Origin: Patescibacteria group bacterium | GTDB lineage: Bacteria; Patescibacteriota; Patescibacteriia; Buchananbacterales; UBA6539 | NCBI GenBank assembly: GCA_041649675.1 | Contig: JBAZMQ010000004.1 | Span: 16,338 to 80,337 of the forward strand | DNA: 64,000 bases | Reading direction: 5' to 3' | Shown here: one piece after another, positions 20,241 through 30,522 of the stretch | Layout: every line of letters begins with the position of its first letter | How positions within the stretch are numbered: position 1 is the stretch's first letter | Translations under genes and position numbers: made by a program | The notes under the pieces: model-generated | The model's database searches: none | Seen by the model: the letters and a program-made list of their open reading frames with translations, nothing else | Told to the model about the DNA's origin: nothing

Positions 20241-20753
20241 ATGGCTAAAGAAAATTTTGAAAAAAATGATTCCGAAGCGCCAGATTACGGCCAAATATTT
20301 TTCGCCTGGAAATTTCCGGAATTTCATCCTCACCAACGCGGTCGTGGTTGGTATATTACCGGTGGAATTGTTGCAATACTACTTCTGATTTTTTCTATTT
20401 TTACCGCCGATGTCTTGTTTGGGTTAATTATTATTTTATCAACCCTAATTATTCTCCTTTTTCAGCAAAGTAAAAATGAAGTTGAATTTAAAATTACCGA
20501 AGACGGGATATTGGTAAACAGTAAATTTTATAAGTACAAAGCCATTAAAAATTTCTATATTATTTACGAACCGCCGGAAGTAAAAACTTTATATTTTGAG
20601 CCAAATAACCTTTTTATTCCAAGAATTCCGATATATTTAGATAGCCAAAACCCAGTCAAAATTCGCGAGGTTTTAAAACAGTATTTGGATGAAGATTTAG
20701 AGCGGGAAGAAGAACCGATGTCCGATGCGATGTCGCGGACATTTAAGTTATAA
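20241..20753 (+). CDS. Hypothetical membrane protein (2 TM plus a possible PH-like domain)
   Basis: W..PEF...RG..WY, two TM helices, then FKITEDGILVN. Confidence 0.75.
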   Translation: MAKENFEKNDSEAPDYGQIFFAWKFPEFHPHQRGRGWYITGGIVAILLLIFSIFTADVLFGLIIILSTLIILLFQQSKNEVEFKITEDGILVNSKFYKYKAIKNFYIIYEPPEVKTLYFEPNNLFIPRIPIYLDSQNPVKIREVLKQYLDEDLEREEEPMSDAMSRTFKL

Positions 20754-20826
20754 TGTCCCAGTAGCTCCCGCCTACGCCTGCGGCTTCGGCGGGCAAGTAG
20801 CTGGATACCCGACTCGCTTGACTCGT

Positions 20827-20900
20827 GTCCCTATAGCTCAGCTGGATAGAGCGCAAGCTTGCGGAGCTTGAGGCCGTAGGTTCGATTCCTACTGGGGACG
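20827..20900 (+). tRNA. tRNA-Arg(GCG), intact inner copy without encoded CCA
   Basis: Acceptor stem GTCCCTA/TGGGGAC, D arm GCTC/GAGC, anticodon arm CAAGC-TTGCGGA-GCTTG, T arm GTAGG-TTCGATT-CCTAC. Confidence 0.93.
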
Positions 20901-20970
20901 CGAGTCAGGTGGGCGGGGAGCGCAAGCTTGCGGAGCTTGAGGCCGTAGGTTCGATTCCTACTGGGGACGC
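20849..20970 (+). repeat. 53-bp perfect direct repeat of the tRNA-Arg 3' part
   Basis: 20849-20901 is identical to 20918-20970. Confidence 0.95.
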
Positions 20971-20995
20971 CATTGTAAAATTATTTTTAGCCAAG

Positions 20996-23059
20996 ATGAT
21001 GATTGATTTAACAACACCAGTAGCAGCGGTTAGTCGGGTTGGTAAAACTACGGCTAGCCGTTTAAAGAGATTAGGGATTGAGACCGTTTCGGATCTCATT
21101 TTTTATTACCCTTTTCGCTGGCAGGATTTTAGTCAAATTTCCGATATTTCCGAGCTGCAACCAATTGATGCGGCAACGGTTAAAGTAAAAATTCAGATAA
21201 TTAGTAATCGTCGCAGCCCGGCTAAAAGAAAAATGTTAACCGAGGCTTTGGTTGCTGACCAAACGGGGAGTATAAAAGTTATTTGGTTTAATCAGCCGTT
21301 TTTGACCAAGATTTTGCAGCCTGGAGACGAGGTTTACCTGTCGGGCAAAGTTGATTTTGATCGTTATAATTTACAATTAGTCAATCCGGTCTATGAAAAA
21401 GTTTCAGCCGATACTACCCATACGGCTAGGCTGGTACCCGTTTATTCGGTAACCAATAATTTAACCCAAAAGCAAATTCGGTTTTTAGTTAAATCGGTTT
21501 TGCCGCTTGCGACTTTAATCGCTGATTGGTTGCCGCCCGAGATTAGCCAGGAGAATAACTTAGTTAATTTGAACTTAGCTCTAAACCAAATTCATTTTCC
21601 CAAAGATAAAAAGATTTTAGATTTAGCGATAAATCGTTTAAAATTTGATGAGTTATTTTTATTTCAGTTGTCTGTTTTGGCCAGTAAATTAGATATAGCC
21701 TTAAGCCAGTCGGAAGCAATTGATTTTTTTGAGTCTCAAACTAAAAATTTCGTAGCTTCTTTGCCTTTCACTTTGACCAATGATCAAAGAAAAGTTGCTT
21801 GGCAAATAGTTTCTGATTTACAAAAAAATCAGCCAATGAATCGGCTTTTGCAAGGAGATGTTGGTTCGGGCAAAACTGTGGTGGCGGCAATTGCTATGTT
21901 TAATGTCGCTTTGAACAAAAAACAAGCGGTTTTAATGGCCCCAACCGAAATTTTAGCCAGTCAGCACTATCAAAATTTGTTAAACCTGTTTAAGGATAGC
22001 AATCTAAACATTGCTTTATTTACCAGAAGCCAAAGGCAAGTAAACGGACGAGTTGAGACCAAAAAGAAAATATTGTCTGATTTAAGCTCGGGTGATATTC
22101 AATTAGTTATTGGCACCCATGCTTTAATTCAGCAAGATGTTGAGTTTTCTAATCTAGTTTTAGCCATAGTTGATGAGCAGCATCGTTTTGGTGTTAATCA
22201 GAGAAAAATTTTAAGGCAAAATTCGGGCGATAAAAAAATAACTCCTCACTTGCTTTCAATGACCGCCACGCCAATCCCGCGCTCGTTGGCTTTAACTTTG
22301 TATGGTGATTTGGATTTATCTATAATTAGAGAGATGCCCAAATCCCGAAAAAAAATAATTACTAAAGTTGTTGATCCAAAAAATCGTAAGCAAGCCTATG
22401 AATTTGTTCGCAATCAGGTTAAAACCGGCCGGCAAGTTTTTGTTATTTGTCCGCTAATTGATTTGTCCGATAAACTAGGGGTTAAGGCCGTGACTGATGA
22501 ATTTGAAAAATTAAAGAAAGAAATCTTTCCTGACTTAAGAATAGAAATGCTGCATGGAAAATTAAAGCCAGCTGATAAGGAACGGATTATGGCTAATTTT
22601 TTGGCTAAAAAAAGCGATATTTTGGTTGCTACTTCGGTGGTTGAAGTGGGGGTTGATATACCTAACGCTTCAGTCATGGTAATTGAAGGCGCTGAAAGGT
22701 TTGGCTTAGCTCAGCTACACCAATTCCGCGGTCGGGTTGGACGATCAATTTATCAATCATACTGTTTTTTATTTACCGAAAGTCAAACGGAAAAAACCAA
22801 AGCGCGGCTAAATGCCTTGGTTACGGCCAAGGACGGATTTGAACTGGCTGAACTTGATTTGCAGTTTCGTGGACCAGGTGAGATTTATGGCACGATACAA
22901 TCGGGATTTCCCGAATTTAAAATTGCTCAGCTGATTGATTATGATATTATTATTAAAGCCAAATTAGCCGCTGAAAAAGTATTGGCCTTAGGTTTGGATA
23001 AGTATCCATTGTTAAAACAAAAAATGGAGCAGACTAATAAAGCTGTCCATTTGGAGTAG
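20996..23059 (+). CDS. recG: ATP-dependent DNA helicase RecG
   Basis: LQGDVGSGKT, MAPTEILA, DEQH, MTATPIPR, QLHQFRGRVGR. The real start is ATG 20996 or 20999. Confidence 0.97.
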   Translation: MMIDLTTPVAAVSRVGKTTASRLKRLGIETVSDLIFYYPFRWQDFSQISDISELQPIDAATVKVKIQIISNRRSPAKRKMLTEALVADQTGSIKVIWFNQPFLTKILQPGDEVYLSGKVDFDRYNLQLVNPVYEKVSADTTHTARLVPVYSVTNNLTQKQIRFLVKSVLPLATLIADWLPPEISQENNLVNLNLALNQIHFPKDKKILDLAINRLKFDELFLFQLSVLASKLDIALSQSEAIDFFESQTKNFVASLPFTLTNDQRKVAWQIVSDLQKNQPMNRLLQGDVGSGKTVVAAIAMFNVALNKKQAVLMAPTEILASQHYQNLLNLFKDSNLNIALFTRSQRQVNGRVETKKKILSDLSSGDIQLVIGTHALIQQDVEFSNLVLAIVDEQHRFGVNQRKILRQNSGDKKITPHLLSMTATPIPRSLALTLYGDLDLSIIREMPKSRKKIITKVVDPKNRKQAYEFVRNQVKTGRQVFVICPLIDLSDKLGVKAVTDEFEKLKKEIFPDLRIEMLHGKLKPADKERIMANFLAKKSDILVATSVVEVGVDIPNASVMVIEGAERFGLAQLHQFRGRVGRSIYQSYCFLFTESQTEKTKARLNALVTAKDGFELAELDLQFRGPGEIYGTIQSGFPEFKIAQLIDYDIIIKAKLAAEKVLALGLDKYPLLKQKMEQTNKAVHLE

Positions 23060-23075
23060 TCTATAACTTATTTAG

Positions 23076-23615
23076 CTATAACGTTATACTGAATCGCCAA
23101 AGTTTATCTTTATACTCGCCGGCATAATCAACGCCAATTCGCGGTGATTTTTTTATTTGGGATGGTTTAATTTTTAGGCCGCGGTCTTCAATCCAGACTC
23201 TGACCTTATTTCCAAAAGCAGCTTGGCCGTTTAAAGTTTTATTAATTTTTAGTGCGCGGCATAATTTGCCCGGCCCGTCAGTTTTTACACCTTGGCGTTC
23301 TGGCAACAAGGTAAGTGCCCGGATCAAAACTGCAGCTGGATAATTTTTGTGTTCAGTCACAATATTAAGGCAATAGTACATGCCATAGATTAAATAAACA
23401 TACCAATAGCCTGCCTCACCAAACATAATCTCGTTTCTCGGTGTTTTGCCGCGGCTGGCATGAGAAGCTTTATCATTTAGGCCAACGTAAGCTTCGGTCT
23501 CGGTGATTATACCTATAATTTTTTTTCCGTTGATTGTGCTAACTATAAACTTACCCAGCAATTGCTGAGCCACTTGGCGGGTAGACTGGTTGTAGAAATT
23601 TTGAGGTAATCTCAT
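23076..23615 (-). CDS. mpg: 3-methyladenine DNA glycosylase (MPG/AAG family)
   Basis: ITETEAY, YVYLIYGMYYCLNIV, AVLIRA, GPGKLC, RIGV. Confidence 0.93.
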   Translation of the reverse strand: MRLPQNFYNQSTRQVAQQLLGKFIVSTINGKKIIGIITETEAYVGLNDKASHASRGKTPRNEIMFGEAGYWYVYLIYGMYYCLNIVTEHKNYPAAVLIRALTLLPERQGVKTDGPGKLCRALKINKTLNGQAAFGNKVRVWIEDRGLKIKPSQIKKSPRIGVDYAGEYKDKLWRFSITL

Positions 23616-23620
23616 TTCCG

Positions 23621-23689
23621 GGAATTAGGAATCAAGAATTAAGAATTAAGGCAAATAATCCAAATTCATGATTCTTAATTCTTAATTCA
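23621..23689. repeat. Inverted repeat built from heptamer (RGAATYA) units
   Basis: Left arm ggaatta ggaatca agaatta agaatta; right arm tgattct taattct taattca. Confidence 0.8.
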
Positions 23690-25036
23690 TTATTCTAGAT
23701 ACTTTATCGCTTCGGCCAAAGTTTTAACCTGATAAATTTTTGCTTTGGTCGTTATCTTTTCTTTAGTGTAGGGGATAATCAAAGTTTTAAATCCCAGCTT
23801 TTCGGCTTCAGCAATTCTTTTGGCCATTTGATTTACCATTCTAACTTCGCCACCTAAACCCACTTCGCCAAAAGCAATGGTGTCAGGTGAGATTAATTTA
23901 TTTTTGGCCGCTGAAATTATTGCCAAACAAACGGCCAAGTCAATCGCTGGTTCGCTGACTTTTAAGCCGCCAACTAAATTTAAATAAATATCCTGATTAG
24001 CCAGTTTTAGGCCTAGTCGGCGAGATAAAGTTGCTGCTAAAAGTTGCAGCCGGTTTAAGTCAAAACCTTGGCTTTTCCTTTGGGGATAGCCAAAACTAGT
24101 AATATTAACCAAGGCTTGAACCTCCAATAAAAAGACGCGCGAACCTTCAAGAGCAGCAGTAATTATAGTACCAGCCGCCGGATTTTTATCGGTTAAAAAA
24201 ATTGCCGCGGGGTCAGTCACTTCAATCAAACCAACTCCTTGCATTTCAAAAATACCAACTTCAAAAGTTGACCCGAAACGGTTTTTAACGCTTCGTAAAA
24301 TTCTAAAAGAATGATATTGGTCACCCTCTAAATATAAAACCACATCAACTAAATGCTCCAAGGTTTTTGGTCCGGCCACTTCGCCAAATTTTGTTACGTG
24401 GCCAATTATTATAATCGTGATATTATTTTTTTTAGCAACCTCAAGGAGTTTAGTGGTGCAGATTCTGACCTGATTGATGCTGCCACCACTGCCCGGTGAT
24501 TCGTTTGAGTAGATTGTTTGGATTGAATCAATGATAGCCAGCGTTGGTTTTTGCTCTAAGATTGTGGCCACAATTGTTTCAACATTAGTTTCGCCTAAAA
24601 AGCCTAAATGGTTGGTTTTAACTTTAAGCCGGTCAATTCTAGTCTTGATTTGTTCAGCTGATTCTTCGCCGGAAACATACAAAATTTGACTGTTAATGTT
24701 TTGCAAAATTTGTAAAACCAAAGTTGATTTTCCAATTCCCGGTTCGCCGCCAAGCAAAATTAAAGAACCACTGACCATGCCACCACCCAAAACTCGGTCA
24801 AATTCGGAAATGCCGGTTTGGAGCCGTTTAAAGTTGGTAATTTTTATATTATCAAAAGAAATTATCTTTGCACCTGGCATTGTTAGCGGCGATTTTACGT
24901 TTTTGTTGGTGCTATTAGAAACCTGTGATTTTTCTAATGTTCCCCATTTGCCGCATTCAGGGCACCGACCCTGCCATTTTGGCAACTGAGCATCACAATT
25001 GGAACAAATATAGATTTCTGAAATTCCTTTAGCCAT
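23690..25036 (-). CDS. radA: DNA repair protein RadA/Sms
   Basis: C4 Zn finger, GGEPGIGKST, KNRFG, Lon-like C-terminus. Confidence 0.97.
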   Translation of the reverse strand: MAKGISEIYICSNCDAQLPKWQGRCPECGKWGTLEKSQVSNSTNKNVKSPLTMPGAKIISFDNIKITNFKRLQTGISEFDRVLGGGMVSGSLILLGGEPGIGKSTLVLQILQNINSQILYVSGEESAEQIKTRIDRLKVKTNHLGFLGETNVETIVATILEQKPTLAIIDSIQTIYSNESPGSGGSINQVRICTTKLLEVAKKNNITIIIIGHVTKFGEVAGPKTLEHLVDVVLYLEGDQYHSFRILRSVKNRFGSTFEVGIFEMQGVGLIEVTDPAAIFLTDKNPAAGTIITAALEGSRVFLLEVQALVNITSFGYPQRKSQGFDLNRLQLLAATLSRRLGLKLANQDIYLNLVGGLKVSEPAIDLAVCLAIISAAKNKLISPDTIAFGEVGLGGEVRMVNQMAKRIAEAEKLGFKTLIIPYTKEKITTKAKIYQVKTLAEAIKYLE

Positions 25037-25042
25037 TACCTT

Positions 25043-26317
25043 TTATTTAAGATTAATTTTGTATAAAAGTCCATTATCTTTGTTTGTAAAGTACAGATAG
25101 CGTTCGTCTTGCGAAACAACGACACTACTGATATTTTGGCTGGTTTCCGGGATGGCAATTTTTGATTTAGACCCAGTGCGTAAATCAATTTTGTAAATAT
25201 CACAAGGTGAATTATCCAATTCAGTTCTAAAAATTCCTGCGCCTTCATTCAATTGTCGCGGGACAGCGCAATAAATTGAAGTATCATTGGCAAAACTGCA
25301 TTTATCAGCCCAAGTTTGTAGCTGTAAACTTTGTCGGTTATTGCCAATATCTTCGCCTTGAGCCGTCACAATCCAAAGACTAGGTTTGTAGTCATTCTTG
25401 CTAGAATAAACACTGTAAAGTATTTGTGAACCGCTTGGTGACCACTGGCCGATAAAACCCCGACCGTCCAAAACGGTTGATTTAAAGTTTTCATTGTTTT
25501 GGCCCAGAAAGAAAAGATTTTGCTGATCATAGCTTTTGTCTTCACGATACATTGCTACGATTTGACCATTTGGTGACCAAAGGGTGTCAACGGTTTTATC
25601 TTCATTGCCTAGATGTTCAACTTTGGTTGCTTGTGATCCGTCAATATTAGCAATGGCAATCCAGCGGTTTTCCTCATCATTACCCATGCTTTTGAAAATG
25701 AGCCGATCACTGGTAGGAGAAAAACTAAAATCTTTCCAATGCTGAGGCAGGGTAACTATTTGTTTATTGGTGGCAAAATCATAAACAATTTTGTTGCCAT
25801 CAGGATATTCTAAAATTGCTTTTTGCTTGTCCGGTGACCAAGTAATTTTTTCAACATCATAAAAAATTTGGTTGCTCAAAGGTGTGGATTTTCCATCAGC
25901 CGTTATCCGGTAGAATAAACCGGTAGTTTTATTGTAATAAATAATATCATCGCTTCTGGCTGCTAGTATTGGTTCGTAAGCTGCAGAATCGGTCAGGGCT
26001 GAAATTTTAGTCATCCCGCCATTGGCTACTTCCGAAGCCGTAGCCTTTTGAGCAATTTCTTCTGGGGGTACTGCCATCTGGTTGACGTTGGTTGTCCCGG
26101 CTTGCCCAGGCAGCGCGCCATTGGTATTGGTTTTGGTTGGAATATTAACATTGGTACCAGCCCCCGGTAGTAATCCGCCGTTAGTATTGCCGTTAGTTAC
26201 CCCGGTTTGCGAGGGGATTGTTGGCTTTAAGAAAAAATAATACAGCAGATAGCCAATTAGGAAAATGGAAGCAATAAAACCAATTAGAAGTAAGATTCTT
26301 TTCCAATTTATAGACAT
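25043..26317 (-). CDS. Membrane-anchored TolB-like beta-propeller protein
   Basis: N-terminal TM helix, T/N-rich linker, repeated WSPD/FSPT/WSPNG/WSPSG blades. Confidence 0.7.
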   Translation of the reverse strand: MSINWKRILLLIGFIASIFLIGYLLYYFFLKPTIPSQTGVTNGNTNGGLLPGAGTNVNIPTKTNTNGALPGQAGTTNVNQMAVPPEEIAQKATASEVANGGMTKISALTDSAAYEPILAARSDDIIYYNKTTGLFYRITADGKSTPLSNQIFYDVEKITWSPDKQKAILEYPDGNKIVYDFATNKQIVTLPQHWKDFSFSPTSDRLIFKSMGNDEENRWIAIANIDGSQATKVEHLGNEDKTVDTLWSPNGQIVAMYREDKSYDQQNLFFLGQNNENFKSTVLDGRGFIGQWSPSGSQILYSVYSSKNDYKPSLWIVTAQGEDIGNNRQSLQLQTWADKCSFANDTSIYCAVPRQLNEGAGIFRTELDNSPCDIYKIDLRTGSKSKIAIPETSQNISSVVVSQDERYLYFTNKDNGLLYKINLK

Positions 26318-26365
26318 AAGAGTACTATTATTTTATTTATATATAAATGCTAATTGAACGTTATT

Positions 26366-27556
26366 TTATACGCCAATGGCTTTTCCGCCAACAAATTTGA
26401 TGGCTTGCCATGAGGCGGCTGGCATATTCCAAAATATTTTTCCTAAACTGGAAACCGGATTGGCTAAAACAATTGCAATGAAACCGATTATAGCAAATAA
26501 GGCAAAAAATAATAAGAAAAGAATTATTCCGATTCCAAGACAAGCTAATATTTCAACTATTTCGGCGGCTTTTTTCGCGGTCTCTTCTGCTTTTTTCATT
26601 TGGGCATTGGCCGGCCCTTTGGCCTTAGGTAAGAATTCCTCACCAAATTTGCAAAAGAAGTTTCCCCAGGGAGTAAAATAACGGTTAATAAAATGAATGG
26701 GTAGATACCAATATGTGCCGCCAAAATAAATTATTGTTCCAATCAAATATTTCCAGGCAGCTTTTAATATTGAGCCAGTGCCTTTTTGGGAAGCACCTTC
26801 TATAATTTTATTTAGTTTCTCGGCCGGATTTCCTTTGTCGTTTGTTTTTTTGTCCTTTTCTCTTTTAGCTTTTTCTCTTTCTGGTTTTTGACTTTTTGTT
26901 AATGCTCGCTTATTTTCCTGTTCACTCTCTGATTTTTTTTCTTGATTTGGGGTTTGTTTTTCTGCCTGATTTTTTTGTTCGTTTTTTGGTGAAGTTTGTT
27001 TGTCAGAAATTTTGTCATTTTCCTGATCATTTTCTTTTTTGTCAGAGTTTTTTTCTCCTTCATTTCCGGTATTTTCGTTTGGTGCTGCTTCGGGCTTAGC
27101 TTGATTTTGATTTGATTTTTTTTCTGGCTCTTGATTTGGACTGTCGTTTTTGTTGCTACCACCAGCAATAGTTGTACCTTCTTGTCCGCCCTCTTGCTCG
27201 GCTCCGGCTTTGTGCCCTTGAGCAATATCTTCTTCTGATGGCTGGTTAATTTCTTTAGTTAAAGTAGGATTATCATCGTTTATTTTTTCATCATTTGACG
27301 GTTGTTCAGTGTTTTGTCGCTGTACCCAGGTAGGAATTCTTTGTTGCTCACTTGGTTCAGTCTCAGCTGGTTGCTGGGTGCGCTGGGCATTGATTAGTTC
27401 TCTTTTTTGCTGTTTTTCTCTTCTTAATTTTGCCTGTTCAAAATTAATAATATTGTCAGCTTGACCACGGTTAGGTCTTTGTCTGATAATTCTAATTTGA
27501 TTACCCTGAGAATTAGGGGGGAGTTTTTTGGCAGGTTCGGCCATTATTTTAATCAA
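26366..27556 (-). CDS. Hypothetical protein with a long disordered E/K/N/Q region and C-terminal TM segments
   Basis: 396-aa ORF overlapping the clpC stop. Confidence 0.7.
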   Translation of the reverse strand: MIKIMAEPAKKLPPNSQGNQIRIIRQRPNRGQADNIINFEQAKLRREKQQKRELINAQRTQQPAETEPSEQQRIPTWVQRQNTEQPSNDEKINDDNPTLTKEINQPSEEDIAQGHKAGAEQEGGQEGTTIAGGSNKNDSPNQEPEKKSNQNQAKPEAAPNENTGNEGEKNSDKKENDQENDKISDKQTSPKNEQKNQAEKQTPNQEKKSESEQENKRALTKSQKPEREKAKREKDKKTNDKGNPAEKLNKIIEGASQKGTGSILKAAWKYLIGTIIYFGGTYWYLPIHFINRYFTPWGNFFCKFGEEFLPKAKGPANAQMKKAEETAKKAAEIVEILACLGIGIILFLLFFALFAIIGFIAIVLANPVSSLGKIFWNMPAASWQAIKFVGGKAIGV

Positions 27557-30048
27557 ATAATAATTTTGTTATCTTTAACTTTAACAACAATTTTTTGTCC
27601 TTTATAATCTTTTTTGGTTAAAATTTTATTGGCCAGTTTGCTTTCAATCAGCTCCTGAATATTTTTTCTAATTGCCCGCGCGCCATTTTCCGGACTGTAA
27701 CTGATTTTAGCAATTAATTTAGCCACCGTTGGGTCAAAATTTATTTTTAAACCTTGTTTAGCTAGTCTGTTTTTGAGTTCGGCCAATTGGATTTTGGCAA
27801 TTTTAATAACGCTGCTTGGCTCAAGTGGTTGAAAAACAATAGTTTTGTCCACCCGAGACAAAAATTCTGGCGGAAATTTATCCTTTAATTTTTTAATCAC
27901 TTCTCTTTGAATTTCTTCAAAACCTTTTTCTAATTCTGCCTTGCTTTTACCTTTTTTGGTTTGAAAGCCTAAGGCTGCCTGCTTATTAAAATTATTGGAA
28001 CCAAGATTAGAGGTCATAATGATAATAGTGTTTCTAAAATTGATTGTCTTGCCAGTACCATCAGTTAAACAGCCATCCTCTAGAACTTGCAGCAAGAGAC
28101 TAAAAATTTGGTGATGGGCCTTTTCGATTTCGTCAAACAAAACTACCGAGTAGGGCCGATGTTTGACCGCATCGGTTAGTTTAGTTCCATCTTTGTAGCC
28201 AATATAACCAGCCGGCGCCCCAATTAGTTTTGAAATATTAAAACTTTCGGCAAATTCAGACATGTCAATCTTGATTAACGCTTGATTGCTGCCAAAAATT
28301 GTTTGGGCTAAAACTTTAGCTAGTTCAGTTTTTCCAACTCCGGAAGGGCCTAAGAAAATGAATGAACCAATTGGCCGGTTAGTATCGGAAATCCCGGTTC
28401 TTGATCGACGAATAAATTCCGCAATTGATTTTAAGGCTTGGTTTTGGCCAACTATATTTTTTACCAAAGTTTTTTCTAACTGTAAAAGTTGTTTTTTTTC
28501 GGCCATTAATAAATCGGCCAAAGGAATCCCAGTTATTTTGGAAACAATTTGGGCGATTTCTTTTTGGGTAATTTCGGCCAGTTTGGTTTCATTCTTTGGC
28601 AATTGCTGATTTTTTAAATTTTGCAGCCGGACTAAAATTTCACGCTCTTTCTGCCGATATTTTAAAGCTAGACTAAATTTTTCTTCAGTCACTAAACCTT
28701 TCTTTTTTTCGGTAAGATTCTGCAGCTCGTTTTCTAATTGATTAATTTCTTTTACAGCCGAGCTGACTAAGTATTTTATTTTTACTCCCGAAGCAGCTTC
28801 ATCAATCAAATCAATTGCTTTGTCTGGCAAAAATCGATCAGCAATATAACGTTCAGAAAGTTGAGCCGCGGCAATTATGGCTTGTTCGTTTATTTTAACT
28901 TGATGAAAATTTTCGTAATTTTCTTTAATACCCTGTAAAATTTCAATTGTTTTTTGGACACTTGGTTGACTGACAATAATTGGCTGAAACCGGCGATCCA
29001 AAGCCACGTCGCTTTCAATAAATTTTTTATAATCTTGCATGGTAGTGGCGCCAATGCAGCGAATTTCCCCCCGGGCCAATGCCGGTTTTAGAATATTTGC
29101 TGCATCCATTGAGCCGCTGGCCGAACCAACGCCGATGAGATTATGAATCTCGTCAATAAATAAAATAATGTTAGGATTTTTTTTAACTTCAACCAAAATT
29201 TGTTTCAATCGGTTTTCAAATTCACCGCGGAAGCTGGTACCGGCAACGACTAAGCTTAAATCAAGGGCGTAGATTTTTTTGCCGCGCAGAACTTCTGGTA
29301 CGTTACTTTGGACAATTTTTTTTGCCAAACCTTCAACAATCGCGGTTTTACCAACGCCCGGATCGCCTAAAAGTAGGGGATTATTTTTATTTCGGCGGCA
29401 AAGAATTTGGATTAAGCGGTCAATTTCTTCTTGCCGACCAATAACGGGGTCAATTTTTTTCTGAATTGACAGGTCGGTTAAATTGGTGGCAAACACTTCA
29501 AGAATTGATTGTTGCTTAGTGTCAGTTTGGCTTGAGCCGTAGCCGTATTCATTATTTTTGTCTTCAGATTTGAAATAATCAATGCCACTGGTTAAATCAG
29601 GAAATTTTGAGGTGCTATTCAAAATAGTGTCAATTTGATTTTTAATTCCTGTCAGATTGATTTTTTCTTTTTGGAAAAAATCAATAATTTCTTGATCCCC
29701 AAGGCTCAAAATTGAAGCCAATAAATGTTCGGTGCCAATGTATTTGTGCTGGTTTTGGCTGGAGATTAGAAATGATTTTTCCAGAATTTTTTTACTGGTT
29801 GAAGTTAGTTCTAAATGAGTGATGGTTTTTTGGCCGGACTTTTTTTCAGTTAAAATATTTTTTAATTCAAAGCTATTGACTTTAGCCTTGATTAAAATTT
29901 GGGCCGCGATGCTGCCTTTCTCTAAGCTCAAACCGTAAAGAATGTGCTGGGGAGTAATCAAATGTTGGCCTGAGCTTAAAGCCAAACTGAATGCATTTTT
30001 TAGAGCATTTCTGGAATGAGTTGTAAATTTTTGAAATATTGAAATCAT
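27553..30048 (-). CDS. clpC: ATP-dependent Clp protease ATPase subunit, ClpC-like
   Basis: Clp-N repeats, [34 protein letters not shown] loop. Confidence 0.92.
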   Translation of the reverse strand: MISIFQKFTTHSRNALKNAFSLALSSGQHLITPQHILYGLSLEKGSIAAQILIKAKVNSFELKNILTEKKSGQKTITHLELTSTSKKILEKSFLISSQNQHKYIGTEHLLASILSLGDQEIIDFFQKEKINLTGIKNQIDTILNSTSKFPDLTSGIDYFKSEDKNNEYGYGSSQTDTKQQSILEVFATNLTDLSIQKKIDPVIGRQEEIDRLIQILCRRNKNNPLLLGDPGVGKTAIVEGLAKKIVQSNVPEVLRGKKIYALDLSLVVAGTSFRGEFENRLKQILVEVKKNPNIILFIDEIHNLIGVGSASGSMDAANILKPALARGEIRCIGATTMQDYKKFIESDVALDRRFQPIIVSQPSVQKTIEILQGIKENYENFHQVKINEQAIIAAAQLSERYIADRFLPDKAIDLIDEAASGVKIKYLVSSAVKEINQLENELQNLTEKKKGLVTEEKFSLALKYRQKEREILVRLQNLKNQQLPKNETKLAEITQKEIAQIVSKITGIPLADLLMAEKKQLLQLEKTLVKNIVGQNQALKSIAEFIRRSRTGISDTNRPIGSFIFLGPSGVGKTELAKVLAQTIFGSNQALIKIDMSEFAESFNISKLIGAPAGYIGYKDGTKLTDAVKHRPYSVVLFDEIEKAHHQIFSLLLQVLEDGCLTDGTGKTINFRNTIIIMTSNLGSNNFNKQAALGFQTKKGKSKAELEKGFEEIQREVIKKLKDKFPPEFLSRVDKTIVFQPLEPSSVIKIAKIQLAELKNRLAKQGLKINFDPTVAKLIAKISYSPENGARAIRKNIQELIESKLANKILTKKDYKGQKIVVKVKDNKIII

Positions 30049-30051
30049 TGT

Positions 30052-30495
30052 TTATAGCTTTGATTGAGTATTATTTTGTCTTATTTCTTTAATGATATTT
30101 TTAATGTTAGGCCCATAAGTGGCTTTGGCGTAATCAGGGATACCATCAGCTGTGTTGCCAGTCGGGTCTAAGCTGGGAGTAGTACTGGCAGTTTGTTCTA
30201 ATTGATTTCTTAATTGGGCACTATCTTTAATGCCGTTGTTGTCAGTATCGGGATCATTTTGATCGGTACCATAAAGTCTTTCTGCATAATCAGATAAACC
30301 ATCATTGTCACTGTCTTTGTTAATTTCAGCGAACTGATTAGTCGTTTTTGCCGAATATTTAAAAGAAAAAAGTAAGATGCTCATTAAGCTAATGGTGACT
30401 AAACAAATAATTGAAATTACAATTGATACCATTAGAAATTTTGGTTGGGCCAAGTTTTGTTTTTTAGCTTGGTTTAAATTTATTTTTTGTACCAT
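30052..30495 (-). CDS. Small membrane-anchored protein with TSP3-like Ca-binding repeats
   Basis: TM helix followed by DSDNDGLSD..E..YGTD....DTDNNG. Confidence 0.7.
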   Translation of the reverse strand: MVQKINLNQAKKQNLAQPKFLMVSIVISIICLVTISLMSILLFSFKYSAKTTNQFAEINKDSDNDGLSDYAERLYGTDQNDPDTDNNGIKDSAQLRNQLEQTASTTPSLDPTGNTADGIPDYAKATYGPNIKNIIKEIRQNNTQSKL

Positions 30496-30522
30496 ACCAA
30501 TTTTAATTTAAAAAGATTTAAA

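Larger units (their letters stand above)
20755..20972 (+). other. Outer, interrupted tRNA-Arg(GCG) with palindromic insertions in its D-arm
   Basis: 5' fragment gtcccagtagct (20755), D-loop fragment agctggata (20799-20807), and 3' part 20918-20972 ending in CCA. Confidence 0.6.

Noticed and set aside
20849-20970. Prophage or integrative element at tRNA-Arg
   Set aside because: Only 16 bp separate the repeats and no integrase is nearby; kept only as an alternative explanation for the nested tRNA.
20909-20995. N-terminal extension of recG in the ORF track
   Set aside because: It translates the duplicated tRNA-Arg sequence; RecG-like sequence begins at ATG 20996/20999.
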